From: Octopus sinensis
Taxonomy: Eukaryota
Reading direction: 5' to 3'
DNA: 64,000 nt
NCBI RefSeq assembly: GCF_006345805.1
Contig: NC_043004.1
Coordinates: 103,354,001 to 103,418,000, forward strand
Shown: in pieces, positions 25,392-37,095 of the stretch
Layout: each line of letters begins with the position of its first letter
Position numbering within the stretch: the stretch's first letter is position 1
The notes under the pieces: model-generated
Database searches by the model: none
What the model saw: only the letters and a program-made list of their open reading frames with translations
Told to the model about the DNA's origin: nothing
Made by a program: the position numbers and the translations under genes

Positions 25392-25774
25392 AAAAGGATG
25401 CCAACAACAAATTTAATTAAAACAGTCTGTCAGGATTTATGTTAAGTTTGTTACAGACACCACTATTTTCTTGTAGTCAAGTAGGCAACCAGTACCCATG
25501 GTCCTTTCCAGAGTTTCCTCTTCTAAAGGCTCTCTCGAGAGCCAGGTTTCTGAAGCCAGAAACCTGGCTCAGATGCTTGTATCTGAGTGGACCTCACTGA
25601 AGCCACCAAAACCAGAATGTAATGTTAAACTGGTCAATGAATAAAGTCTTTTGCTCAAGTAGGCTATTATGGGATTTGAACTCAGAACAGTGAGAGTCAG
25701 AAAAGAACCCACAAAGTATCCTCCAGTTCTGCTGAACTGATGTATATCAGTACATTTTTATTGACCCTCTGAAT

Positions 25775-26060
25775 CAAGGGTTCTCAACCATTTTTTATCT
25801 ATGGACCCTTTGATTATTATTTTATGATGGTGGACTCCCCTTTCAAAATTCCTATTTTTTTTCACACATTAACTTGTGTAGGTTGAACTGTGTAAAATGT
25901 TAGAGCAAGAAACTTAGCTGTTTCTTGCTATGCATACCAATACATTAATCTAAAACAAAAGTTTTTCTGGGACCTGTAAAATACTATTGCAGATCCCCAA
26001 TTTACTATCTCGTTGTATGGACCCGCCAAAATCTTATATGGACTCTGGTTGGGAATCTGA
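25775..26060. mobile_element. Decayed hAT-like MITE
   Basis: caagggttctcaacc...ggttgggaatc termini. No clear TSD. Confidence 0.4.
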
Positions 26061-26268
26061 TCTATATGAAAGAAAGCCAAAGTCAACCTTGAGTGTCAAA
26101 GAATCAGAAGACAACACTGCCTGAGAGTCTAACTGGTGTTACAACAATTTTCCTAATTCACTGAAACCACTATATCTTTCCTAATTTTTCTTATTACAAA
26201 AGTTTCTCCAAATTCTTGAACATTTCTAAAATCATTTGACACATAGCTGTGTGCTTAAAACATTTGCT

Positions 26269-26677
26269 GGATCTTTTCGGTTTGAGTGGCAGTTTTTTAA
26301 AATAATTTCCACGTAACTAAACACTTTTAAACTTTCTATGCTGGTAGAATGTTTATAAAACATCTTTTTCTCCTGGTTTTATTGAGAAAATTCTATAGTT
26401 TGTAAGATATTTGTTGTTTTTTTCCCTCAGTTTCTGCAATTTCAACCAATCAATGACGTCTATTGAGGTGAAAACATTCTGTGCTGTATGAATATGTCCC
26501 TCTTTTAAGAAACAGATTGGGTTTATTTACATTTCTGAAGAAAAAAAGATACCCTTACCCCTAATCCTAACTCTAAAACAGATTGAAATGCAATAGATTG
26601 ATACTAGGGTCATAATTATGGGTAACAATTTCATATGACACTGCTATAAAAAACTGCTGGTCAAACCGAAAAGATCC
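26269..26677. mobile_element. MITE with approx. 31-bp TIRs and 8-bp TSD CATTTGCT (superfamily uncertain)
   Basis: GGATCTTTTCGGTTTGA...TCAAACCGAAAAGATCC. Identical 8-mers at 26261-26268 and 26678-26685. Confidence 0.85.
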
Positions 26678-26831
26678 CATTTGCTTTATAACTGGTTTCA
26701 AGTTCAATCTGATTGTGTCGCATCTTGGGCAGTGAATGTTTGTTCCTTATTTTTGCTATGTATGTCTTCTCTGTTGCGCATTTTATTTAAAAAGTTTAAC
26801 GGTCTCTTTTGTTATTTTTTTTTTTTTCCAG

Positions 26832-26999
26832 ATTGCTCGTGCATCAGATTCTGGCTCTGACACTGAGTCAATGTCAGATTTGGAAGACAACTTGGACGAA
26901 ATCTCTACAAATACTCCTACAATGTTGAAATCTAATATTTCATTGCAACTGGAAGACTCTAATAGTAGTTCCAGCAGTGACATTCTCCTCCCAACACAG
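26832..26999 (+). CDS. MDC1: MDC1 coding exon 6 (IARASDSGSDTESMSDLED...ILLPTQ)
   Basis: Long T tract plus ccag / gtagtg, 56 codons, SDTE motif. Confidence 0.88.
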
Positions 27000-27777
27000 G
27001 TAGTGTAATGTACTTTAGTGTTACACAATACAGTATTATTGCACACCATTATATATACAAGATGGTTTGTTCTACAACATACAGGTCTACGAATTCCAAC
27101 CGCATATTTATATGGGTGTATATATATATGTGTGTGTGTGTATATATATGTGTATGTGTGTGTATATATATGTATGTGTATGTGTATACATATATGTATG
27201 TGCGTGTATATATATATTATACTTAACCCTTATGATTGGATTCAGTAGACAGAAACTGGCAGAAGCCCTTTGTGTGTGTGTGTGTATGTTTTTATGTATG
27301 TATGTATACGGGCATGTGGTAAGTAGCTTGCTTACTAACCACATGGTTCTGGATTCAGTCCCACTGCGTGGCACCTTAGGCAAGTGGCTTCTCCTATCGC
27401 CTTGGGCCAACCAAATCCTTGTGAGTGGATTTGGTAGACGGAAACTCTGTTTGTGCCCCCCCCCCCCCATCATATCTAGGACTACATTACCCTTCCATTT
27501 TTAAGACAATAAGGTATGATTTCAGTGAGATTTGGCAACTATTTCTAGAAGGTTTAACAAACACATTTGAGTTTCCTCTTCTTGGGCCTTGTATCACTAA
27601 TCGTATTCCTTTCGGTAAACCAAATCTTAGATGGTCAAAGACACTGTTGCAGAATATGTTTTGACAACCCACAATTTTAATGCTTTGTCTATTATACTGC
27701 GAGTAGCATTCAGCCATCAGCATCCACAGTGATATACCTTCGGTGTGTTTTATATTCTTTTGTTTTCATTGCTGCAG

Positions 27778-27844
27778 GATTTCCCAGTTCATGAGTTAAC
27801 CAAGCATTCAAGCCAGGTCTTGGCAGATATGTCTCCAGAGAAAG
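27778..27844 (+). CDS. MDC1: MDC1 coding exon 7 (DFPVHELTKHSSQVLADMSPEK)
   Basis: ctgcag / gtaagg, phase 0 to 1. Confidence 0.82.
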
Positions 27845-28405
27845 GTAAGGACTATGTATTCTTTGATTTCTGATTCCTGGAAGGTGTGATTGTGAAGATT
27901 AAAGTGTCTTACCTTAATGACAATGCAGAAAATATTTTTCTAGCATAACCACTACATACAACAAAGTACTGGCTATCTACATGAGCTGTGCTGATCAGGC
28001 AAAATGCTATGCAGTATCAAGTTATTGTTCTTTACATTCTGGGTTCAAATCCCTTTGAGATCAAATTTACTTTTCATACTTTAAGAGTCAATCAGATAAA
28101 ATGCTACTCATTTACTGGGATCAATGTAATTGAATATCTTCCCATCATCAAATTTCCTGACTTTGTGCCTAAATTAGAAATAATTCAGGTTAGGTATGTG
28201 TATGGTTGTGTGGTAAGTAGTTTGCTTCCCAACCACATGGTTTTGGGTTCAATCCCACTGTGTATCAACTTGGGCACATGCCTTCTGCTATGGCACCGGG
28301 TTGACCAAAGCCTCATGAGTGGATTTGGTTGACAGAAATTGTGTGGAAGCCTATCATACATGTGTGTGTTACTGTCTACTTGCCTTGACATCATGTGATA
28401 GTTGT

Positions 28406-28843
28406 GGAAATCTTAGTCACAGTCGAACCAATTCTACTATATGGCTCAGAAACCTGGACGTTATCAAAGAATTTTGAGAGGTGGTTGCATGGAACCTACA
28501 CCCGCCTCCTTATGAGAGCTCAAAATCTCTCGTGGAAGCGCCATCCAACCAAAATGAAAATATATGGGAAACTACCACTTGTGTCATCTCTTGTGAAAGG
28601 TAAGAGAGTCCAGTTTGCTGGACATTGTTGTAGAGCTGAAAACAAAGCAATTTCTACTCTTCTCCTCTGGAAGCCATCTACTCACGATACCAGAGGGCGC
28701 ACACTCTCCTACCCTGATGTAATCTCCAGGGATACAGGCATCCAGCAACAGGACCTCCGTAATGCCATGATGGACCGTGAAGTCTGGCGTAGCATGGTAA
28801 ATTCCATTGTCTCGACTACGGTCGAACAATGATGATGATGATG
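28406..28843 (+). mobile_element. RTE/RTEX-like LINE 3' fragment
   Basis: LLYGSETWTL...VQFAGHC...DREVWR, (GAT)n tail. Confidence 0.8.
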
Positions 28844-30168
28844 ACAGTTGTGCGTGAGTATCACCATCATTCAAGCTGTGTCCTTCATTTCCAATATTCT
28901 GTGATATTCTGGTTATGAGGAAACATTACCTTACTTGGAAACAGGTGAGGGCTGGTGACAGGAAGGGCATCCAACTGGAAAATCTGCCTCAACAACTTCC
29001 GTCCAACCCATGCAAACATGGGAAAGTCAATGTTAAAACAATGATTATGATGGAATGGTAGAATTGGCAGAGCATCATTCTTAGACTTATTAGAAACATG
29101 TATCCTTTGTGATATTCAACATATTATTGATTACTTTTCCTCTGTTTGATATCATTCTCCCCTAATGGAGGTTGTTAGATACCCATCTTAGGCATTACTC
29201 AGCTGTATAGCTGAGGTAGAGCCTGTTTTTTGCCTTTTCTTTTGTGGTTCAGTCAGACAAACTGGAGCAAGCAACTTTCTACTCAAAGACATGATATATT
29301 CGCTGTAGTAAGATTTTAACTTAAGACTATATCTTTTGTCCTTAACCTCACAGCTTTTGTATATTTACTGGTACTAACCCTATTTCCTGACCCTGTCTTC
29401 ATCCATCAGATAACTGGAGATTAAGCCAAATACAGCTACCTAAGGCAGCCACACTAAATATTGTTAAGCATCAGTCATTTCTACTGCCTCCACCATCCTT
29501 GAATATTTGGCTCTTTACCAATGTCATTATAAAGAGTTCTTACATTAATGTAGCGCTATGAGTTCATAAGAGAAGAAATCTAATCAGCAGTATGAACCCC
29601 AGAATATGACTGGTACTTATTTTATTAAACTCTGGAATGAAAGTCAAAATTAACTCCAGTGGGATTTGAACACCAGATGCACTGCAAAACGTTTATTGTT
29701 TCTGCCACTCCACACTCTAATAATAATAATAATAATAATGAGGTTAATTTCTAATATACATATATACACTAGGCCACACATTTGGAGGAAGCAGGAGGCG
29801 GGAGTGTCAATTGATTAAATTGATCCTAGTATTTTACTGGTACTATTGACCCTACAAAACGATGTAAAGCAAGTGGACCTCAGTGGTATCTGAACACAGA
29901 ATTTAAAGGAACATGACTATAGACTGCAGAACATTTTGTCCAGTCTCTTACAATTTTATGAATCCATTACATATTTGGTGGTGGTGGGGGGTAAAGTTAC
30001 TTAGTCTCTTAAGATTGAGCCCGTGTACTTGATTGGCATTTCATTTTATTGATCACTGAATGATTAAAAGGTTAAGCCAAACTGAACAGGATCTGAAATC
30101 AGAATGTAAAGAAAATAATATAAGCTTGACTGGCACTGTATTGACACAGGTGCCATCAGCCACCTTGC

Positions 30169-30573
30169 TTACTCTTTTACTCTTTTACTTGTTTCAGTCA
30201 TTTGACTGCGGCCATGCTGGAGCACTGCCTTTAGTCAAGCAAATCGACCCCGGGGCTTATTCTTTTGTAAGCCCAGTACTTATTCTATCGGTCTCTTTTG
30301 CCGAACTGCTAAGTGACAGGGACGTAAACACACCACCGTCGGTTGTCAAGCAATGCTAGGGGGACAAACACAGACACACAAACATATACACACACACATA
30401 TATATACATATATACGACAGGCTTCTTTCAGTTTCCGTCTACCAAATCCACTCACAAGGCATTGGTCGGCCCGGGGCTATAGCAGAAGACACTTGCCCAA
30501 GATGCCACGCAGTGGGACTGAACCCGGAACCATGTGGTTGGTAAGCAAGCTACTTAACACACAGCCACTCCTG
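30169..30573 (-). mobile_element. SINE family A
   Basis: Same consensus. Confidence 0.85.
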
Positions 30574-30910
30574 CTTGATAATATTGATTTAAAATTTTGG
30601 CACAAGGCCAGAAATTTTGGGGTATAATGTAAGTCGATTATATTGACCCCAATGCTCGACTGGTATTTATTTTATCAACCCCGAAAGGATGAAAAACAAA
30701 ATTGACCTCAGCAGGATTTGAACTCAGAATGGGAAGATGGAAGAAATGCCGCTAAGCATTTTGCCCAGCATGCTATCGATTCTGCCAGCTACCATCTTTT
30801 GCTTGCTAGTAATATCAAGAAGGACAATGAACTGTTCCATGCTCTCTTAGACTTTTTTTTATTACATTTCCTTACAATTCTGGTTCATGTTGCATTTCTT
30901 GTTATTTCAG

Positions 30911-30994
30911 CTGAAGTACTTGCTGTAGATTCCAGTCCAGAGATCCAAGGGGAATCATCTTATCTCAAAGATAGAATATTTTTCCAGAATAACG
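30911..30994 (+). CDS. MDC1: MDC1 coding exon 8 (AEVLAVDSSPEIQGESSYLKDRIFFQNN)
   Basis: tttcag / gtatat, phase 1 to 1. Confidence 0.75.
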
Positions 30995-32334
30995 GTATAT
31001 TCAATGTATTTTCTTTAAGTGTGTCATCATTGTCATAGCCAGAATCATTCATTACCATCAGTTTCCAACCACCTTCCCATTCCAACATCTCAGCATTTCA
31101 CCATTGTTGTGTTTCTTTGTCATCTAGCCTCCACAGGAACAAAGAACACCCACCGGTTTCTGTTAATGTGCATGTCTGTGCTGCCAGCCATCACTTCCTC
31201 TCCTCTGAGCCACTTTAATTGATAGCCATCATTGTCTCCTATTCATGTCGATCATCAACCACCCTCCACTTTTCTTCACCATTTACTACATTCATTTCTA
31301 CCTCTATTTCTAACCATCCATCTCACTCAGTCACCACATTTTTACAACCTTTACCCTCCTGCCTTTCCTGATCATCTATCCACCAGCTCTCTTCTATTCA
31401 ACTTCTAAAGATACAGTGTCACCATCATCTTTCCAGCTCCATTCCATTTACTCCTACCCAAGCTCATAAAATGGCTTAGCTTTACATTTCCTCTTTAATA
31501 ATTCTATTCCTGTTGCTCCTGTCACACTCCAGTCTCTCAACACCTCACATAAAGCCTCCTCCACTATATTCCTTTTTGGTCAAGTAGACTCTATGGTGAC
31601 ATCACTAATGCTGGTGCCATGAAAAAACACTTGGTACACACTGTAAAGTGGTTTCTGTCAGAAAAGGTATCCAGCTGTAGAAACCATGACAAAACTGAGC
31701 TGCTAGCATGAGACATGATTCTTCAACATGTTGAATTCTGTCAAACCATCCCAACCCATGCCAGCATCGAAAATGGACAGGAAATGACAATGACGGTGTT
31801 GATGATGATGGTCTTACAGCTGAATAGCATTTTTGTTGCCAATGATTTTAAAACATGAATTGCCTCATTAATGACAATAAAAAAAAAATATATATTTGTA
31901 AAAATTATAACAAATATGTAGAACATACAGGAAATAGCATTAATAGGCACCACACTTTCATTTATGTAGAGGATTCTCAATACAATATGAAATATTAACT
32001 AAAAGGAAAAAAAAATTGCTCATATCAAAAGGTGTTTGGTTATGCACTGAAAGCATGCAGTGAAATTTTTTTTTCTTTTTTGAGCCCTAAGACTCCTTGA
32101 AAGGGATGTCAATCCATTACAGGCTTTATGGTCAGCAATTCTGACGGGAGGAGACAAGCTGATTACTTTGAACCCTTGTACTTACTTGACTAATAGTTTA
32201 TTTTGTTGACCCTGAAAGGATGAAAGGCAAAGTTGTCCTTAGTGGAATTTGAGCTTAGGGTGCAAAGAACTAGAACAGCTGCTAAGTATCTTGTCTGACA
32301 CACTAATAGTTCTGCCAGATGAATTATAGGTGCA

Positions 32335-32660
32335 GGTGGGACTGCGTGGTAAGATGCTTGCTTCCCAACCACATGGTTCTGGGTTCAGTCCCACTGCACA
32401 GCACCTTAGGCAAGTGTCTTCTACTATAGCCTCGGGCTGACCAAAACGTTGTGAGTGGATTTAGTAGATGGAAACTGAAAGAAGCTCGTCATCACTGCTT
32501 GACAACCAGTATTGGTGTGTCTATGTTCCCATAGCTTGGTGGTTCAGCAAAAAGATTGATAGAATAAGTGCTGGGCTTTAAAAAGAAAATAAGTCCTTGG
32601 GTCAATTTGCTTGACTAAAACCCTTCGAGGCTGTGCTCCAGCATGGCTGCTGTCAAATGA
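32335..32660 (+). mobile_element. SINE family A, diverged
   Basis: Same consensus. Confidence 0.75.
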
Positions 32661-32890
32661 CTGAAACGAGTTAAAGAATAGTTGTTAATGTTAATATTAT
32701 TATCGGCTTTCTAAGTTTGGCATAAAGTTTCACATTTTAAAGGGGTTTATAGTCAGTTTGTTAACCCCAGTACTTGATAGCTTTTTATCTTATTGTAACG
32801 TGCACCACTAATTGATGGCAGTTAACTCTCAGAAAAATATATCTCAGATGTTGATTATTCTTTATTATTTAGTATCATAAATTATAGGTC

Positions 32891-33380
32891 AATATCCACT
32901 TGTGACTGTCATAGTCTGGTTGTCCATCATCCTCACAACACCCACTTGTGACTATAATGGTCTGGTAGCAACATCTTAATGACGTCCACTTGTGACTATC
33001 ATTGTCTGGTCGGCCAACATCCTAATGACGTCCACTTGTGACTATCATTGTCTGTTAGGCCAACATCCTAATGACGTCCACTTGTGACTATCATTGTCTG
33101 GTTGGCCAACATCCTAATGACGTCCACTTGTGACTATCATTGTCTGGTCGGCCAACATCCTAATGACGTCCACTTGTGACTATCATTGTCTGGTAGGCCA
33201 ACATCCTAATGACGTCCACTTGTGACTATCATTGTCTGGTCGGCCAACATCCTAATGATGTCCACTTGTGACTATCATTGTCTGGTAGGCCAACATCCTA
33301 ATGACGTCCAGTCTGTATGTCAACATCCTTATGACATCTAATTGTAACAATCATTGTCTGGAAGGTTGACATCCTAATAA
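32891..33380. repeat. 46-bp minisatellite, 7 near-identical core units (32981-33302) with degenerate edges
   Basis: Unit GACGTCCACTTGTGACTATCATTGTCTGGTNGGCCAACATCCTAAT starting at 32981, 33027, 33073, 33119, 33165, 33211 and 33257. Confidence 0.95.
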
Positions 33381-33700
33381 CATCTGTTTAAAACTAGTCA
33401 GATACGTCAATGTTTTTAATAAATAACGACAGTCGCTCGTGACTATCATAGTCTGATGTTTCACCTATGACTGTCATAACCTGGAGAAACAAAAAGCAAA
33501 ACTTAAGAAATGCTTTCAATAACCTGGATAATATATTTTCTCAGTAACTCCTGAATTATTTTAGATAACTCATGTTCTACTTTAAATAGCATATTTTTGG
33601 TAAAACATGTTCCAGATAATACAGTTCTATATTTAAGAGACGAGGAATTATGTACATTATTTACATTTGACAGATTTTTGCCCTCATCTTGTTTCTTGTT

Positions 33701-33746
33701 AACATGACGTTTCAGCTGATATACCCTCCAGCTTTCATCAGGTGTC
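33701..33746 (-). ncRNA. Minimal type I hammerhead motif
   Basis: GACAC-CTGATGA-A-AGCTGG(loop)TCAGCT-GAAACGTC-ATGTT. GUC site, one stem I mismatch. Confidence 0.62.
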
Positions 33747-33995
33747 CTGGGGAAATTCCTAAGCTATTTTTTGATATTATTATTATTCGAGTCACTGCCT
33801 GGAATTGAACTCGGAATCTTGGGGTTAGTAGCCCGTGCTCTTAACCACTACGCCCACGGGCATATGGTATAGTGGTTAAGAGTGCAGGCTACTAACCCCA
33901 AGATTCCGAGTCCAATTCCAGGCAGTGACCTGAATAATAATAATAACATTGAAAAGTACCTTAGGAATGAGAACCCAGGTTCGAAATTTCCCCAA

Positions 33996-34041
33996 GACAC
34001 CTGATGAAGGCTGGAGGGTATACCAGCTGAAATGTTGTTTT
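33996..34041 (+). ncRNA. Degenerate minimal hammerhead motif (partner arm)
   Basis: GACAC-CTGATGA-A-GGCTGG(loop)CCAGCT-GAAATGTT-GTTTT. ACGT palindrome changed to ATGT. Confidence 0.5.
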
Positions 34042-34181
34042 AACAACAAACAAGATGAGGACAAATATCCGTCAAACATATCATTCTTATTCTAGATGAT
34101 TTCTGATGTATTTTGATAAACTGCTAATATACTAATTTGTTTAGTAATAACATTTGTTGTGTTTTTAACTCTAATTTCCAG

Positions 34182-34265
34182 CTAACAAGGAAGTTAATAT
34201 TGATGCAGAAATACTTGCAGCTGCTACACAGGCTTATGTTGCTGATTCTGATGATGATGATGATG
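34182..34265 (+). CDS. MDC1: MDC1 coding exon 9 (ANKEVNIDAEILAAATQAYVADSDDDDD), ends at a GC donor
   Basis: ttccag acceptor, G|GCAAGT donor, phase 1 to 1 matching both neighbours, TQAY motif. Confidence 0.8.
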
Positions 34266-34387
34266 GCAAGTGTCCCTTCTGCATCATATATTGTGTGGCA
34301 TGCAGCTCTCTGTCTCTTTGTGAATTCATCAAAAAAATAAATTCTTCATTTAAAATTTTTAAAAAATGAAAACAAGCGATAATAGAC

Positions 34388-34745
34388 ACAGACGTGGCTG
34401 AGTGGTTAAGAAGCCTGCTATGTAACTACATGGTTTCAGGTTCAATCCCACTACATGGTACTCTGAGCAGATGTCTTCTGCTGTACTCCCTGGCCAACCT
34501 ATACCTTGTGAGTGAGTTTGGTAGAAACCCATCAGATATATATGTGTGTGTGTGTGTGTGTTTCCTACTTCTACTTAGCAACCATTGTCGGTTTGTTGGC
34601 ATTCCTCTCACACAGTGGTTCGACGAAAGAGACTGATAGAATAAGTACCAGATATAAAAAAAAATGTATTGAGGTCAATTAGACTAAATCTTTCAAGGTG
34701 GTGCTCCAGTATGGTCGCAGCCCAGTGACTGAAATACATAAAAGA
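34388..34745 (+). mobile_element. SINE family A, diverged
   Basis: Same consensus. Confidence 0.7.
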
Positions 34746-35570
34746 TAATAATTATAGTCATCCTCACTATTATATTTATGTATGTACTGACAAAAGAGCA
34801 ACATATGTATAGCAGCTAAATCACCCTCAAATCACACCCTACTATCTTAAAAAACAAAGAATAGGTTTGTAAAATGAAACACAGAATAGTCATAAGTCTG
34901 CTGGATCAGGGCTGACCTGGGGCTTAACAACAACTATTATATTTATATTGGTTTCAAATTTTGGGACTAAGCCAACAATTTCAGGTGAGCAGGTAAGTCA
35001 ATTACATTGACCCCAGTGCTCAACTGGTACTTATTTTATTGACCTTGAAAGGATGAAAGGCAAAGTAGGCCTTGGTGGAATTTGAACTCAAAGCGTAATG
35101 ATGGACGAAATGCCACTTAGCATTTTGTCCAGCGCTGTGATGATTCTGCCAGCTCGCTACCTTACCAATAATCTTTATGTTAAGTACTATTTTGTCACAA
35201 GTATGGCTGTGAAGTTTAGAAGTTCAGCATGTAACACCTTGAGCAATAGTCAGGTACTCTAGCCTCAGACTGATGAAAGCCTTGTGGATTTTGTAGGGAG
35301 AAACTGGGAAAATCTTGTCATATGTATGCATCTATATATTTGTGTGTGTATACCATTGTCTTGACATCGCATGCTGGTCATAAACTTGCATCACTGACAT
35401 GCGATGCTGTTCGTTTCCTGTCTTCCATGAAAAATATGTTTGGCTATAGGGAAATATTTCCTTGCTTAGAAATGGGTGAGTGTTGGTGACAGGAATTGGC
35501 ATCCTGTCATAGAAAATATGCCTCAACAAATTTCTTCTGACCCATGCAAGCCTGGAAAAGTGGACATTAA

Positions 35571-35792
35571 CCCTTTAGTGTTCGCATTATTCTACCAAAA
35601 TTAATGCTTTTTTATCCACATTGCCTTGAACTAATCAGGCATTATCTTGGTGCTATGAGGTTTTGATGAGGTAGCTGTTAATTTTTAAAACGACATTGTA
35701 GGGCTGGTGTGAGAGACCAGATCTGGCCAGTTTGACCATAAAACAGGGGAGAATACTTTTGGCCGGATATAGCTGGTTTAAATGCTAAAGGG
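35571..35792. mobile_element. piggyBac-type MITE
   Basis: TTAA|CCCTTT...AAAGGG|TTAA. Confidence 0.78.
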
Positions 35793-36338
35793 TTAAATAA
35801 TGATTTGTGTGTTATAGTGTTTCCTTGCTGCTGGAATTTTAGCTCCTTTAATCTCCTGTTGATGAGGGTTTCTTTTTTTATCACACTCCTTCAAGCTCTC
35901 TGGTTTTATTTACTGTTTGCTAATGGGTTTAAGGGTTTTTCACCACTTCTCTTGCTTTAAGTAATGAAATCTTCATTTGTTATTTTGTCGCGTATGAGTT
36001 TCAAAGAACTGTTTGAGAAGAATTGCTATTTGCTCTCTCCCATTGTTTGGTTAGCTTGGCTGGAGGAAGGTAATAAACATGAACTTCCTCTATATCACTG
36101 ACGCAAATACCATTACTACCACGACCACCACCATCAACAGCTTCACATGTCACAACTACCACCATCACAATCATTGTCAACAGTTTCATCCGTTATTGTT
36201 AATGTCTACAGTTTCATAAACTCATCATCATTATTGTTAGTGGAAGCTTTGTGTTGTTATGTCCAGTCATGATTCAACTACTGAATTCTCTTCTTATTAC
36301 CATTTTCTGTGGTATAATGCATGATTATTGGCTGGTAA

Positions 36339-36725
36339 TCTATATATATATAAAAGTGAGGTTGTGTGCTGTCTGTCTCCTACGATTTAGATTCCTAACT
36401 ACTCCCACATTTTGCAGTGCAGTTTAACCAAAACCGGGTATCTTATAGTCGTGATTCATATCGAGCCCTTGTGGGTATTAGCATGAGTCTACGATTTAAA
36501 AAAAAAATTACCATTAATTTTTCCCATTTTTAATGCATTTTTGGCATATATAAGGGAAGTAACTCTCTAAAAATGTATTATTAAATCTCAGAACGTAAAA
36601 AGCTACAGTTACCCCCCCCCTTTGTGGTTAACCATATTGAGATGGCTATTATACTTTACATCTCTAAAAATGCTTATATAGTTATTTCCCTTACAAACCC
36701 GAGCAACGCCGGGCAATACTGCTAG
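36339..36725 (+). mobile_element. Non-autonomous Helitron, copy 4
   Basis: a|TC...hairpin 36698-36713...CTAG|t. Confidence 0.82.
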
Positions 36726-36754
36726 TTCTCTTTAAGAACTTTGAAATACAGGTA

Positions 36755-37095
36755 CAGGTGTGACTGGTAAGAAGTTTGCTTCCCAACCACATGGTTCTGG
36801 GGTTGGTCTTCAGGCGAGTGTCTTCTACTGTAGCCATTGGCTGATCAAAGCCTTGTGTGTGGATTTGACAGATGAAAACAGAAACAAGCCTGTCGTGTGT
36901 GTGTGTGGCAGCCTTTGTGTCTTCCCCCACCATTTGACAACTAGCGTTGGTTTGTTTACATCCCTGTAAATTAGCACTTCAACAAAAGAGTCTAATATAA
37001 TAAATATCAGGTTTTATTAAAATAAGTACTGGGGTTGATACGTTCAACCACAAAAACCCTTCTGGATGGTGTCACAGCATGGCCACAGTCTAATG
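36755..37095 (+). mobile_element. SINE family A, diverged
   Basis: Same consensus. Confidence 0.7.

Larger units (their letters stand above)
33622..34080. mobile_element. Head-to-head palindromic element: tRNA-derived head + (TAA)n + hammerhead motif in each arm
   Basis: Centre about 33856. Pol III A/B boxes in both arms. CTGATGA..GAAA cores at 33701-33746 (-) and 33996-34041 (+). Confidence 0.75.

Noticed and set aside
32981-33302. CRISPR-like array
   Set aside because: Units are contiguous 46-mers with no unique spacers, no cas genes, and a eukaryotic intronic context. It is a minisatellite.
33860-33932. tRNA gene (also the heads at 7946, 18063, 38338, 51838)
   Set aside because: A/B boxes are present but the cloverleaf and acceptor stem are broken and each head is fused to a repeat body. 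These are SINE-type heads.
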